A DNA stretch of 64,000 bases, from the NCBI GenBank assembly GCA_973895155.1, contig OZ316892.1, forward strand, positions 12,898,238 through 12,962,237, written 5' to 3'. Below, one piece after another: positions 49,720-64,000 of this stretch. The DNA comes from Marsupella aquatica. Lineage: Eukaryota > Plantae > Marchantiophyta. Both the position numbers and the translations under genes were made by a program. Every line of letters begins with the position of its first letter. The first letter of the stretch is position 1. The notes beneath the pieces are model-generated. The model was not told the origin of the DNA. It saw only the letters and a program-made list of their open reading frames with translations, and did not search any database.

Positions 49720-50725
49720 CCTGAGACCTCACAAATGACAAATCGATGTTTCCTGAAGACTCGGTTTCCCAAATCAACCTACCTCCCTGATTCCAAAATC
49801 ACCTCCAAATACGAACAGAAAAGGGGGGAGTCCGTGTCCCGCTTCATCTCCGTGCGACTCCCGCTACGGCACACAATATTTGCGTCCTCGGATCTCAGAT
49901 CGCGTCCTAAAAAGAAAAGAAGTACCGGAAGCCGCTTCTGACGTGCCCAAGATCAATCGCTCTGTACAAGCAACGACCCCCCTCCCAGTTCAAGAATTCT
50001 TATGCGCCACTCTCCTTCAATCACCTCGACGACCCTGATCTCCCTGCCTCAACTTCGAGCAGTTCACAACACCGCGGTCATAATCGACGACCCTCCACTC
50101 CACAAAGGCTGTCCCTCCTGTTTGCCTTCTAACCCACTTTATTGTGATCCCTCCCTTACCTGCTTCGTCTCTGCCCCGCACGATCCTTAATCTTTCACTT
50201 GTGCTTAGACTTCAGAGAAAAAGTCTCAAATGAACCGACCAACCTCAGCCGATCACAGCCGGGTCTTCAGTCAAAGACCTACTCTTAACATCTTCTGTGT
50301 CGTCCCCTAGTACGTTCTGCTCCCCACTGTTTCGTCACTTCCTCTCGTTAGGGCTAACACGCAAAACTTCAAGCTCTCTCCGCCTCAGAATGTCCCAGAG
50401 AAACAATGGGCCAACCTTGAGGGTCTGCAACTTCAGCGATCTGGTCCCCTTCGTTCATTCCCTTCTGTCTCACAGGCAAACTAGTATGATCGTGATATGA
50501 CAGATCCCCTCTGCATTACAATGTAGTTGATACGTTCGAATTAGGGCGCTCGAGACCCCAATGCGTCTGCCGACCACGAAGCAATGCCTCTGTCGTTAGT
50601 CGTTACCTCTACTTCGTTCCTGACTTGTCTGCTCCTCTGCTTTCTGGCCCGCTCGCTCCGCTCCTCCATCAACTCCACAAATTGCCTCGCACAAACCCCC
50701 TTCCACGATTCCCACCTCCACCACG

Positions 50726-50752
<27 letters not shown>
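50726..50752. repeat. (CT)n microsatellite in the OBE leader region; a second lies at about 51423-51455
   Basis: Direct inspection. Confidence 0.9.
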
Positions 50753-50757
<5 letters not shown>

Positions 50758-51419
50758 CTGTCAATCACCGTCTCACCTCACCCCAAGGCTGGCCGGCACT
50801 CACCCCATTGTCGACCAAGATCTACTTTCTACAACTGTGCCACACTTTTAACTGCGGCAGATTTGGTACCGCAGAGCCGTCCCCTGCTTTCTGAGCTGCA
50901 AAGCAACACACGCTGGTCTCAAGTGGCGAATTGCTCTCGAGGCACGAGACACGAGCCAGTCTGCCGGACGGCAGGCGGGCAGGGCAGGGGCAAGGCAGGG
51001 CAGGGCAGGACAGGGCAGAGCAGAGAGCGAGGGAGAGGCCGCAAAGCAGCAGCAACAACACAAAAAAGCGCACGGAGACTCGAGGAAGAATGAAGAATGA
51101 GGTGAGATGATGGCAGCAGAGCAAAAGGAGTCTAGTGAATCTGGTGAAGGTAGGTAAGACGGCACGACGGTGTGGGGCAAGCAGGCAAAGAAGGCAAAGC
51201 AGGCAAGCAAGTGAAGCGAGACCGGATTGGTAAACGCACGAAGAAACTCCTGCAAGTCAGGAGCTTTCGAAGATGGACGACGAATCTCGACACCAGCCCT
51301 GAATTCATTCCCGAAGGCTGAAGCGAACCTACTGTAACTACTACGTGACATAATTATTGGGATGTGGGTCACCAGAGCAGGGTACAGAACAGTAGGTGGT
51401 GCCATGATTTTGGGCTCGC

Positions 51420-51458
<39 letters not shown>

Positions 51459-51478
51459 ATCCTCTTTCTTCACAGAAC

Positions 51479-51607
51479 TACACTCTTCCCTCTCTAAGTG
51501 CACATTCCATAGTTAGTTGCAAAACCTGGTTCACCCTAGTACTCCAGAAGTACACTCATCTATCTATAAGTGCACGATCCATAGTTAGTTGCAAAGCCTG
51601 GTTGACT
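51479..51607. repeat. Direct repeat of about 72 bp upstream of OBE
   Basis: tacactc.tc..tct.taagtgcac..tccatagttagttgcaaa.cctggtt at 51479 and 51551. Confidence 0.8.
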
Positions 51608-54600
51608 GTAAGGCGTCCTTGCTTCCCTTTTTTTTCCAAAGTAGTTTGCACCTGTTTGGGCCCATTTTGGATTGCTTTCTGGTTTGAACCACACTTATAT
51701 ATGTGCGAATCCTTGATGATTGGACATGAACACTTATCAATAAGCAGACAGTCCAATAGAATTTCATTACTGATAAGTGCATGGCATTTATAAGTAGAGT
51801 AAAGATTGGACTTATGGGCTAGCGAACCAAATTGCAATTTAGATCAGGATGATCAATTTGGGTTGCGAGTCATGAGACTGTTCAGTGACAAGGATAACTG
51901 CACATTTAACAAAAAGATGTGAACCGTACATTCTTATTGATAAGTGCACAAAAACTATGTGTTTTCACTTATCATCTACTGCAAAGCCCAGTTTAGTGCA
52001 CACAGGATGCTTCTTCCCAGGAGTGTGCACTTAGAGAAGACAACTGTAGCACTTAAGATTGTGGTCAAACAGCTACTCCGTCCAGAGCTGGCTTAAGGTG
52101 TAACTTAAGTCTACCTAGTCATGTCAATGGCCCCAGGGTTACTTAATTCATGGTCAAAAAATGAAGTGGTACTAGCCTAATGTATCACAAAAACACCTTA
52201 AATTAATTGTTTTCCATTTTTGTGCTACTCCAGATTTAGTAGGAAGAAGCATCTCCAATTACAAAAGCAAGGCACAATTTCTTCTAACAAAACCAGAATA
52301 TTTCTGTGCACATTTAAGAGTGCTTTTTTGTCCAGACACTAAAATGTGATACTAAAATCCATTTATGTACTTGTTGTTTACTGAGAGTCAACCTATACTT
52401 ATGCAAAGTGAACATTTTGGTGCATTCGGAAAGAAGTCCTTGTAGTACCACCCTGCACTTAAAAGGCCACTGTTTACCAGGTACGAGGACAAACTAGTAG
52501 CTTTTTATTGTAACATTCTTAACAAATTATGTAACCTGAATCCACATATTTTGTTTGGAGGGTTTACCCCGTGAATGCACTTATTTGACTAATTTTGGTT
52601 ACCACTCTCCACCAGGTTACGGGAAGACAAACAAGTACCCTTTTTATCTTAAGAAAATTATATTAAGAACATTCTTAAATAATTTTGGTAACCTCAATCC
52701 ACCAAATTTTGTTTTGGGGGTAGGGAGGGGGCTGTGACGGTTTTACCCACTAAATGCAATTATGCACGGTAGACTATACTTCTACAAGACTATACAGATC
52801 ACGAAACGTGAGCGACTGGTTGACATACCGGATAGAGTCTACGCCGAGCTGGTTAGGTGTTGCCTGCCGTCCTTTCCGGCAATCAGGACCGACCATTTAC
52901 AATATTGGTCCAATCGGGCTGGGGATCAGGAAATTCTGCCGCAATTAAATTTGCCCCATCCATTCGGATACTATCTACACTACAGTAGTTTGAGAGATAC
53001 TGAGAAATTATATGACCATAAAATTAAATAAATGCATGACTCGGTCGTTCCGACCACGAAGGAGCTCCCGTACTGGCGACGGTGCAGCAGTTGAGTTTGC
53101 GACAGAAATAAATATATAAATGTATAATAGTAATAACATGGAGGAGCACCAAAAATGGCGGTCGTAAATGAGGCGGAGTCAAAGGCTGTCAGGGAGTATG
53201 TTGACGGACTGTTGAATGAGCCCATAAGTCTTGACCGTGAAGCATCACCGTTGTCGTTTCCTTTCGGAAGTAAATCTTCCCGTTGGAAAGAAAGAGAAAA
53301 AAACAGAGTTCCGAACCTCAAGAGGCCGAGATGCTGTCAGAGGCTCGGAGTCAGAGTAATTTTTAAGTTGTTTCTTTTTGGGTGGCGAATCTCAGCTTGT
53401 GTGAAGGATAAGGTAAGAACCTTTCTTATCTATTTGTCGTTGATCAATTTTCTCATAAATTTGATCTCCTTAGATTTAAGGCTGACTTCTTCTTCTTCTT
53501 TTTCTTTTTTTTAGATTTAAGGATAACCTTAGCATTCTGCATAGTGGGGTATGCGGCTGGATGCGAAATTCAGTTTTTTCTCTAATTAATTTATTAGGAG
53601 TAGATCCCCCTAGATAATCCTTCTTTATGATATGCAGGCAAAGATACTATAGTTGTTCATGCTGCACAGAGACCTCTTGCCTTGGTCCTCTTTGGGAATG
53701 TGGTGCACATGTTGTGCAAAGTGGTGCTTATTTTCTCCTTTGTCGCAAAGATTACATGTTATCTTACCATGGTAGAAGATGAAGATGACGGATTTCAGTG
53801 ACTTTACATGCTCAGGCAAGGGCAGCAGCACATCACATGGGTAACAATGATAAAAGAGGCAAAATATGTAGCACATGCCTTGTGAGATAGCTTCATCCCT
53901 CTCCCTATTGAGATATTTGGGACTTTCCATCATTAGTTCAATGGGATGCTTTGATGGGCCTCTAGAGACATTTATGGATGCGCAGGTTCCAGATGACCAC
54001 TCCTATCTATTTTGACAACACACTTTTGTCAACAGATTTCAGTGACATTACAACACACTCAAGCTTGAGCGATCAATCATAGATCTCTAGCAGTTGGGGA
54101 TCTAGTGCACCACAGCAGAGGCCTGCCCCTTGGAGGATATCCATGTCCCGTTTGCAGACATAGTTAGGACACTTGATGTGGACCCTTAGTTCATCACTTT
54201 ATTGCACTAGATGTGTACCATTAATTTATCATACTGTTACACTATTCACCATAGTTAGTGTTATGTAAGAATTAGCGTTACTACAAAAATTGGTGTCGGT
54301 TTTTCAGAATAGTTTTTTAACTTTGGTTTAAATTGCTATTAAAAACTGGATGATCTTCAGCATGAAGTAACACTACTTCTTGTGTATTTTTCAAAAGAAA
54401 TTTTCTCCTCTAGTTTTCCACTCTTTCAACCACAATAACACTAATGCAGTGCCCAAAAATGTCTACTCTTGAATCAGTGCGAGTAAACTAAATATGGTGA
54501 AGAGTGTAGATCTTTACAGTATATTTTTATCCTGGATGTTTCCTCTTTCAAGGTTTGTTGGGATGTTTACCATTAGCGCATCATTCTTGGAGGGATAGAT

Positions 54601-56860
54601 CTTTATCACTTATTTTCTCCTCTTTCTTAAGGTTGTGGGGGTTTGCATTTTGCCCTCTTAATAATTTTTTCTTTTACTCTACTTTTGTTGGCCCATTCTA
54701 GTGAACCGGCCCATTTCCTGGACTTGATTAGCATATTCTCAAAGGTGCTTTTTGCTTTTACTCCACTGTACTTTTGTTTGGTCCAGCTTACTAAATTGGT
54801 CCTTTTTCCTATACTTGGTTTGTTCTTGATCAAAAGTGTCATAGACCTCATCCACACATGGATCCTAACTTTTGCTGGAAAACAGTGTCTCTGAGCTGTG
54901 GTTATAAAGGAGCTCTATCACATTCGACCACGAAAGAACTAGTCCTTCGACTATTCACAAAGTCATAGTCAACACGAGGGCCAAAGACTACTGACCTTGA
55001 GTTTGACCAAATACCCTTGACCACTACAATTTGAGACACAAACGTGAGGCCAGAAAAGCAGAAAGTTTCAAATTTGAGACCCCTATAATAAAGCTTTTCC
55101 CACATTCATTGTTCACGGTGTAGCCTTTTTATGGAGCCGCATTTAAGTTGTAGCTCTCAGGAAGAATAATGGTATAACGGATCTGGAGGAGGCTAATAAG
55201 AAAAGGAATGCCGAGTTACAGATACAGCTTCTCAATCGAGCTGGAGAGGATCTTCAACAAATAGAACAGGAGAACCCAGTTACTGTAGCTACTAAAGTAG
55301 ATCAGAAGAAGAAGAAGGGTCTTTGGAGTATTGCAAGAGCTGAGTATCCCCAAACAAGTAGGACTATGGAGAGGGTCATTGTGATGTGCGAGTAAACAGT
55401 AAAAAAAATACTTGCATGAGCAAAAAATTTCCTCACCTGACCCCTAATATTTCTATCTCCAATTGACTCGCTAACAAGAACCTGGTTGATAACATACATT
55501 TTTGGGACCTCTTCTTTTTGCTAGGGAACTCCCTAGCCATCTGGATTCATAAAAAAATACCAAAATTATAAAAGGCAGCAAAAAACAAAAGAAATTTAAA
55601 ATGTGTCTCTCGAATACCACTCTCATCCCTAACAAAATTCCTGTGAGCACTCTCATCCCTAACAAAATTCCTGTTTGCTCACATTATACAATACAGGCTA
55701 TGGAGAAGCCTTGGAAGCGGGGAGCCTCGGATAAGCAACTCGAGTGACTGGGTGTCTCAAATGCTCAAATGCTCCATTGTACAAGTGGTGCACCAATTCT
55801 GCAGAATATATATCTCTTAAACAATGGTCACGGCGACAGGTTGAACAAGACGATTAAATTCTTCTTAGTAGCATTGCACAGTGGCATATATTCGAACTGA
55901 GATCGGTCGATACCTAGTTAAATTGGTAAAGGTAGTAGACACGGAAAGGAGCTGGGTAGAATGGCTGGCATCCTTCCCTTAGCAAGAGGTCCAACGATGG
56001 TACGTTAACAGGAGAAGACGATGAAGGGGTAAGCAATCACGGGAGAGACCAAAGCAATGGAAGTAGATCAAGACCTAACGATACATGTGATTGTGAAAGT
56101 CATGTCAGATTGGACGACTCTATGAATTGAAGGTGTACATTCCGTGGACCAAAGTTTCATGCCCATCACTCCGTGAAATCATTAGCCTCGGGACACTTTA
56201 TTCCGTCCATTGGCTATCCGTCCAGCTCCCAAATTTTCTTACCCACAATGTAACAAAATACTTGTGGTAGTTCAGTGTCTACTGATAACTCTTTGGTCTC
56301 AGACCTCCAGACATCTTGGTGTCTTAGTGAGGTAGTCTTATCCATTTGCGAGAAGACATGTCTGAGTGCTTGTTTTGTAGCTTCCCAACAAAAACAACAC
56401 CAGGTCACAATTCATAAATGCTACTTCAGTACATTGGGCACCGAAGGAGAAAACCATTTAGTTAGACATTCTTTGGAAAAGTAACAATCTTGGGGAAGCA
56501 GAGTTTGCGGTCAAAGTTCCTTTGGAGATTTCAGTCAAGCCTTCCATATTCCAGTCTTTCTGATCCGATTGGTGAGAAAATATAATCCCATAGGACTTCC
56601 CCATGGGGAGTTCAATTTCAAAATGCTGGGAGTATTCTGCTTCAATGACAAACAACTAACGGGTATCTACTTCACAGGTTCTCAGTGCATGGAACAAGTG
56701 ATCCTACTCCGAGCAGATACGTCTTCATACCAGCTAACTTTATGCCAACATCTGAGATCTACTGTTTGTCAAGTGCTGATGCCAGTGTAAATAACTGAGG
56801 ATCTAGCTGAACCTGGCCAAATGTATTTCAAAACTTCTTGCCGTCAAACTGCACTTTACT

Positions 56861-59800
56861 TCAAAGTTGGTGTCTCTCTCTTGAGAAAGAGGGAAGAGAA
56901 ACACTTCCTTCTTGAGGTGGGAACAGAAGGAACATACAAGTCATGACTAAAAGAGGCAATGTCAATAACCACTTCATTAGTTGATAGTAGTGCATGTGGA
57001 AAGTTAGGGAAAACTCATCAGAGAAATAAAGAGAATTCTTGTCCAACATTTCGACCACCACAGTTCCCCCAGTTCTTGTAGACAAACAGGGTAAAGCCAT
57101 ATGGTAAACTCCAGGTTGTGCGTAGGTGTGGTTGATTAGGAATCTCTTGTCCCCTCGATAGTTGCCGGGTGTTAAAAGTGAAACCTGCCAAACACAATTC
57201 AAGTCGAAGACCTCAGACCAGGAAATTTCCGTGTTGTAGACTAAGCAGACCAAGGACACCCAGGGTGCGTACAGAATAAATCAAGAAAATATTAGCATAC
57301 CGTGACGTGGTAAGGACCCAGATTTCCACTGGGAATGACATGCTTGTCGACAATCTCAAATGTCACATGGAAGGTGTCCCCGGCCTCATCTCTGAACATT
57401 CGTGAAGAAGGCGAAACAAAGATTCCTTCTCGCTGATACCTGCTTGCAAGCACATTTCTTCCTTGGGTCTGCATGGGCCATGCCTGCAAGTAGCAACAAT
57501 GCTAATTAAAATGTGAAATGTAGACATTTCACAATTTTACGAGAACAATAACCTGCGATTGCGAGGAAGACTATGCATAGAAACTAGAGTTCTTTCAAAA
57601 CGCAAGTTCCCAACTGTTAGAAGCAGCAATGTCCGAATCTTGTAACCTTGACCAACTCAAGAAATTGGCTAACGACCGTACCAAAGTTTTAAAGTCAGTA
57701 GGCAACATGTCATCGCCCAGGTTTATCAAAACAATCTACGAAACATATAAAAATAACTCCTGGAACTTAGAATACACCATGATCTTTGACCTCTGAAATA
57801 CTTCATGATGACTATTTTAACACGTAAAACATGACCATTCAGATGAAAAGGTCTACTCCACATCCAGAAGTAAAACCTTGAGTGGATGGTGAGGAGCAGG
57901 TGTTTGAAAGCAATAAACGTTTCCATTCATCGTTGTGACAATGATGTCCAGGTCGTCTCCTCCATCTACATTATCTGCCAGAGCCATGCTGTATCTGCAG
58001 AAGGTAATTTCATTCGACTCTTAGAAGAGTTGCAATTCCCAAGGTTGTGACTAAATGAAACTTCACAGATTTGGGAAGCAGAATTTCGACAAGTGCGGCA
58101 AAGAAACTTACGAGGTTTCTCCAATGTCAATGGCCTCAGCGCAGCCTGTGGGACCATCAATCAAGTAGAAATACCCATCAAAAGAGCCAACAGCAATAGT
58201 GAGGCCTTTCTTCTGAGAATCCTTTCTGCTCAGATCCACAAGCAATGCAGGTGCCATCACTCGGCCATGCGTGCGGAACGGGTATGGACTTACTGTTGTA
58301 CCATCTGAACCCCTCAAAACGTAAATGTTACCAGAAGTTGTTGGGACAACTAAATCTGTATGTCCATCACCATCTACATCGCCAACTGTTGGACCCTGTT
58401 TGAACCACCACAACCTCTCAGATTTCACACTTAGAGGTAGCAATAATCGCTAGTGACTGTAGCCATGGTGCCGCAAAATTATTAATAGCAATTCGCGTAG
58501 GTGGGGAGAGCGGAGCAGAGAATAAACAGCCACAAAAAGGTACCAAGGAAACCAGAATGGTAAGTGCATGCTTGGCATTATTAATGCCTGACATCAAGCA
58601 TCTGAAAATGCAGCACTTACAGATGCATTTTAACCTAGTCTAGGATGCAGAGCACTAAATACCGATAAAATAAAATCAGATATTAACAATGTTGAACACC
58701 CTCCAAATTCATACGTGAGAAGTGCCACCTGAGATATGAGGCTTTTAAGATGGACCTCCCAAATTTCTTTTCCTTCTCCTGTCCATGCAGCTACGTTCCC
58801 ATTGGAATCAGTTGTCACTATTTCAAGTCTACCATCGTCGTTTATGTCAGCAGCTACAACCTGACCCTGAATTTCTCCCATTAGGAGTGGAAAGTTTTTC
58901 TTGGGTTCCCCTGCATGAAAGACGCCAAGTTGCCATGGATCCCTCAGTTGCTGTAGCAGTCTCACTGCTATTTACTCCCAAAAAATCAAACTACATCAGC
59001 CATAATGAACATTGCAGTCCTATAGTCTACTCCAGTACTTCAAACAGGGCCAAAAGATATGAAAGTATAACAGTATAACAGCACTAGATAGCTGGTTTTA
59101 GCAAATATTTTGTGTTGCACCATAAGTATCAATCAAGTCACTCACCTAGCTAGCCACCCGTTCATGCAAATTAAAACGAACAGTTTTAATGGATTCTGAT
59201 CCGAAGTATTTGTAGAATATACAAAAAGATAGGTTATCTGCGACGGGGCATAACATCTGAAAGTGCAAAGAATATACCAGTATGATCAATGGCGTAGACA
59301 TAACCCATAGATGTACCCACGATGATCTCTTGATAGCCATCACCATCCAAATCAACAACTGTAGGCGGTGAATAGATGTAGGCCCGATATTTTGTTGAGT
59401 CTGCTGTGCTTAGGTCCAGCTGACATTCCCACTTCACCTTTTTTGTGTCAAGGTTGAAAACCACAATCGCTCCGGCCACATACTTACTTAAGTCTAGGTT
59501 TTCTCCGAGCTCCTTAGTATGATCTGATGAATCATAGTATCTGCCAAACCAAATCACTGTTGGTCGGGAAGATCTCAATGAAAGGACCGTCCCTAGGAAC
59601 TGTGCATAAAACATTTTAGACTGTTTTAAGGACGTTCTTTCAAACTTCTTCGCAAAAAGTGAGACTCCTGCTCTTCAGCTTGTCCAGCTCGCAACACTCT
59701 TGACTTGTGTGGTAAATCTAGGATAATTCCGCCATGAATTACTAACTACTGCTTTGACCCAAATAAGAAATTCGCCATGGGCCCACATGCTAGTTACCAC

Positions 59801-62800
59801 AACGAAGACTGGCATCAATCAAATTCCATTAACAAAAACCTACACAGAACCATCCTCACACATTCAGACTGCTCAGAGATGTGCTGCAAATTCATAGCAT
59901 GATGTACAACTTGTGTTCATTTGACCCCATTATATGTACGGAAAAAAATATCATGAACCTTACTCGTGATCATAGAAGTAGGACACTGCAATGACCATTT
60001 CATCTACCCCGTCCTTGTCAATATCAGCTATAACCTGCAATGAACAATTGTGAGATTATGAACAATGATGAGGGAATACTATCAGCAATAGCTGCGAGAG
60101 GACTTTCAGTAGCGTTCAGGCAGCCTCACTTAACGGATGCTAATACTGAGGCGGTTGGATAGATTGAAGACGATTGATAGAAGATTGACAAGACGTAGTA
60201 AACAGAGGAGAAGATGTGGAAAGTAAAATGCTCAAGAATGTTTGTGCCTGGCCCGTTCTTCTAGTACTCTGCACTCTCAAGCCTCCAGACAGTACATGCA
60301 ACATACACCTAAAATGACTGGGTTCAATGCCATCGATAGACAATTTGAATCTACCAAAAGTACATGAAGCTCGTTCGTAATAGAGATGTGCAAGTCTAAG
60401 AAAGTTTGTGCCATCCTGCAGAACAAGATCTTACACCATCTGGCATATTTAGACTGGAGAGGGGTCATATGAAACAATATGTCAAACGATGCTTCTGTAG
60501 GATGTAGACTTAACAAGGTAACTGGAAGCCTCACACTGTTAGTCAAACAAAACCTTTGAGCAAGCTGAATTCACAGTTTGCCCACATAATCTTAAAAAGG
60601 AATGTTATGTCCACCCCGGGATTTTATTATATTCACCCCAACTCATTAGAACCACCCCACTTGGGGGGTATATAGTAAAACCTAGGGGTGGATTTAACAT
60701 GTCCCATCTTAAACCTGCTTATTCAACCAGGCAAGAGATTAAAGTACCAACCGGTGTAGCGAGGATGTGGGAATCCACTTCGATTAACTTCTCCATCTTC
60801 TCATGATGTTGTACCACATCCCATTCTTCATTTCCCCACATTTCTTCATTGACATAATCGTCATAATCATAAGCATATTCTTCTGTCAAGCCATCTTCCC
60901 CATTCTCATCCTCATCCCTGAAGACATCAAATGTAGAAAATGCGTCCTCTTCCATTGGGTCGTCTGGGTCTTCAACTGTTGGTGATTCATCTGCTTTATT
61001 TGTTTTGGAGTCTTCTCCTTCATCAACTTTGGACTCTGTTGTTATTCTGTCCTCAACTCCATTTTTGCCCTCAGCCTGAAGAAGACGGCGTCGCACATTG
61101 GCTTTCTGACTGGTTAGATTGGACTTGGCTTGGAGATCGTTAGCATCATCTGCAGACTTAACATCCTCGTTTGTCGTGGATTCTGTTTTTGTCTCTATCG
61201 TGTCAGATCTCTTATTGCTCTCCTTATCTCGATCCATGATGGTTGTCGCACTTTCATTTATGGCAGAGGCATTACCTGCATTGACATGATTGGTTGTGAC
61301 ACATTATGAGGCACTGCGTGATGAAATGATTTGGAAAAATTTCAACTTTGATGGCTTTTATAGTGGCCGTTTTACGAGTCCCTGCTTCAATCAGAGCCTT
61401 CCTCCGTTTGAATTGTTTCTAATATTTTCTTACTTTCACACTTCTTAAGTGATGACTTAGAGTGCACGTGTTGAACAACCACTAGTGTTGAGAGTCAAAC
61501 AGGGTCGAAATAAACCCAATCTATGAATCCCCTAAATCACGCTGTTCAACCACTGCCATGTCAGAAGGTATTCTCTTCTATACAGACCAAGACAAGGTCA
61601 CTCTAGTTACCAGCTATCAGCCACTAAAATTTGCAAGAGCACTTTAGTAACTTGGTTCACAAAAACAGAATTACTAAAAGCTTGATTTTGTTTTCGACTC
61701 GCTTTTGACTCTCACCTGACATGTTGTCAAGCTGTACTCTTAAAAATTAGAAAACTAAGATGAAACCAAGAATCAGAAACAGTTCGCAAGGGAGAACTCT
61801 TTGCTGATAGCTATGATTACAATTAAAGGAGAACACATAATTAGAAATAGTAAACTAAGAAGACTAGGACCTATGAAAAGCCTACTCTGTCGAGGAAAAA
61901 TTCGGAAGCAGCTCACAATTACTGCCGAAATCAATACCAGGCACCCCAAAAACTCTTCCTTCATGATTCGAATCAAAACAACCCCTCCGGATTATTTGAG
62001 AATTACCATGCTGAGAACAGAAATCGAAGTGGGGATTGTTCACACCACAATGGTGTCTTTAACAACTTACCGGGATTGTCCGACTGCGCCCGCAAACTTT
62101 CATCGTTCACGTCAGGCGTCGAGCGGTCCACCGGATCTGGATTTAGACCCGCGTACCAATCCTTGTGCACCTTACGTTTGGGAACAATCATTTTTTCCGG
62201 AAGAAGGTAACCTCCAGACCTTAACACAAAAACTTAACCTCTCAGATTCCAAAATGTAAGTATAATATTTCTTGCAATGCGTAGATTTAGGTGCCCATAT
62301 TCCTCAAAAGCCATGAATTCCTAGGAACTTGAACTAGTCCGTCAGTCTTCGCAATGACTACAGTACAGTAAAACTGCAACCTCTCTACTTCGCAATGCCT
62401 TGGTCGTTTTGTGATTCCATTGTAAGGTACAGTATGCAGCGCAACTGAATGCATGCCTCAATGCCAGGTCAGTGACTCCAACTTCTCTTATTGAAGTTAC
62501 GAAGGACGAGTCCGTCGCAATTTGTTGGGAACAAAGTATCATACGCAAAAATGGAAAAGCAATTATTGTTACGCAATCAGCAACCCACTTACTCACCCAA
62601 CTCCCATTATTATTCATTTCTTGCAACATAATATAAAGCACAGATATATTCCGAGCGCACCTGTAGAACAAAACCTCTCCATTGAAAGTAGCAACAGCAA
62701 TTTCCTTGTTGCCATCCTTATCTATGTCATATAACAGAGCACTTGCATGAACAGTAGATTGATGCTGTACCGGCCATCCTGTAAGTACGCAAGAAAACCG

Positions 62801-63784
62801 TCATTTCAGAACCACCATGGAAATAATTTTGGATACAGATATGTATATAATTTTCCCACGTCCGTTACAACTTGAATCAGCGCGTCAAGGGTAGCAAGTA
62901 AACTATTCAGTCTCCGCAATTCCAGAACCATGCTTCCACCTACCAAGCTAAAATGTTATTAGATTAAAACGATCCTGGTAGAACCAGTCGCAATAGCAAT
63001 CGCAGTCTACTTTCAAAGAATGATTGGAGAAAAGTAATATTTGCTAGTTCACTCCATTTACTTTCAAAATATGTTGCAATCCCTTTATTTTTCCAAATCG
63101 CGGTGTTTTTCTAAAACCCTATGCACCCCCATGTCATTCTTAGACTTGGTAACAGTTACCATTTTCCGTAAGTTAGTGACGGTGGCAGGAACAACAGATT
63201 TAGAATTACACTTTCAACATGAATGAGATGAGATTGTGGCACCACTCTGGAAATAAGAGGGTTTCCTACTGACTCTTGCTTTCAATTTGCCACTCAAGAC
63301 CCAAAAATGAAAATTGTGGCGACCTACTGGCTGCAGGGCCACATTTCTGACAAACCAGAAGAGCAACAAACCTGGCAGTTTTTCTCCATCAGAGCCTTCG
63401 AGCACCTCCAGATAGTGGACGAAAGTGGAAATAACAACCTCAAGTTTGCCATCACTGTCTTGCCACAAAATTGGTTGGTCAAAGAATTTCATGTGCAATG
63501 AAACCTTTCCACAGGTGCATCACAGTGAAATGATAAGACACGAGCAAAAGAATCCACCTACAGCAACATGGACTGCAGACCATAATCCAGACCTCAGTGA
63601 CCAATGAGGTCTACTCGAGACAAAGCATAAGGCCAACATCAATTTTGAGAGCAAACTGGTACACGAGAGATACCCATTTATGTCACTGATGAGAGGAGTG
63701 GCATAGATGCTCGAGCCAACCTCAGTTTGCCATCTCAACTCTAAGTTTTGAGGACACTCCGTATTTACCAGTGCATCTTCATCG
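56861..63784 (-). CDS. DEX1: DEFECTIVE IN EXINE FORMATION 1 (FG-GAP/integrin-alpha-like membrane protein); multi-exon, first exon outside the window
   Basis: Exon peptides [85 protein letters not shown] and [22 protein letters not shown] match plant DEX1. Splice sites are canonical GT-AG. Confidence 0.95.
60599..60704. mobile_element. Small MITE-like hairpin in a DEX1 intron
   Basis: atgttatgtccaccccgggattttattatattcaccccaa pairs with ttggggggtatatagtaaaacctaggggtggatttaacat. Confidence 0.7.
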
Positions 63785-64000
63785 CTGCCAAAAATTCATT
63801 TCCCACGATTCCCACAAAATTTACGCCAACGCTTGAGAATAGTCAGTTCTAGGAAGTCATGAAGCCCGATGTCTGACACTTTCATCTCAATAACGGGGGC
63901 CAGCAGGACAACGGCTGAAGGGATGCATCATCAATCGACCACTCAACGATAAATTCAAATCAACGCAAAAAGAGAAAGGACAGTGGAAGAAAGCAGGACG

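Noticed and set aside
48881-49738. 285-aa plus-strand ORF with poly-Cys/Phe/Ser
   Set aside because: Antisense shadow of the OBE polyQ/K/E codons.
50584-51405. 169-aa and 185-aa overlapping ORFs upstream of OBE
   Set aside because: Low-complexity translations of microsatellite-rich leader and promoter DNA.
39316-63784. KNOX-OBERON-DEX1 as a developmental gene cluster
   Set aside because: Adjacency alone is not evidence; no shared regulatory signal is visible and synteny cannot be tested here.

Overview
Eukaryotic plant nuclear DNA, most likely a moss or other bryophyte, judging by the moss-type PLS-DYW PPR protein, intron style and CpG-depleted intergenic DNA. Seven protein genes can be built by hand: OEP37 (+), a PLS-E-DYW PPR RNA-editing factor (+), a RING-finger/TM protein (+), tryptophan synthase alpha (+), a divergent class I KNOX homeobox gene (+), an OBERON3/4-like PHD protein (-) and DEX1 (-, 5' end outside the window). 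Repeats include one full-length but stop-riddled Ty1/copia element (22086-28710, 344-bp LTRs, ACCAC TSD), three solo LTRs with TSDs, two decayed LTRs, several MITE-like inverted repeats and a decayed tRNA-Asp-like relic. The most notable signals are: (i) near-identical 303-bp PLS triplets in the editing factor that differ at a specificity-code residue; (ii) recurrent duplication of promoter-border sequence, with CpG lost in the gene-distal copy; (iii) an in-frame TGA at the copia gag/pol boundary; (iv) a divergent KNOX1 with an in-frame retainable intron; (v) unusual splice sites in TSA. No new biological system can be proven from sequence alone. All family assignments come from recalled motifs, not database searches.
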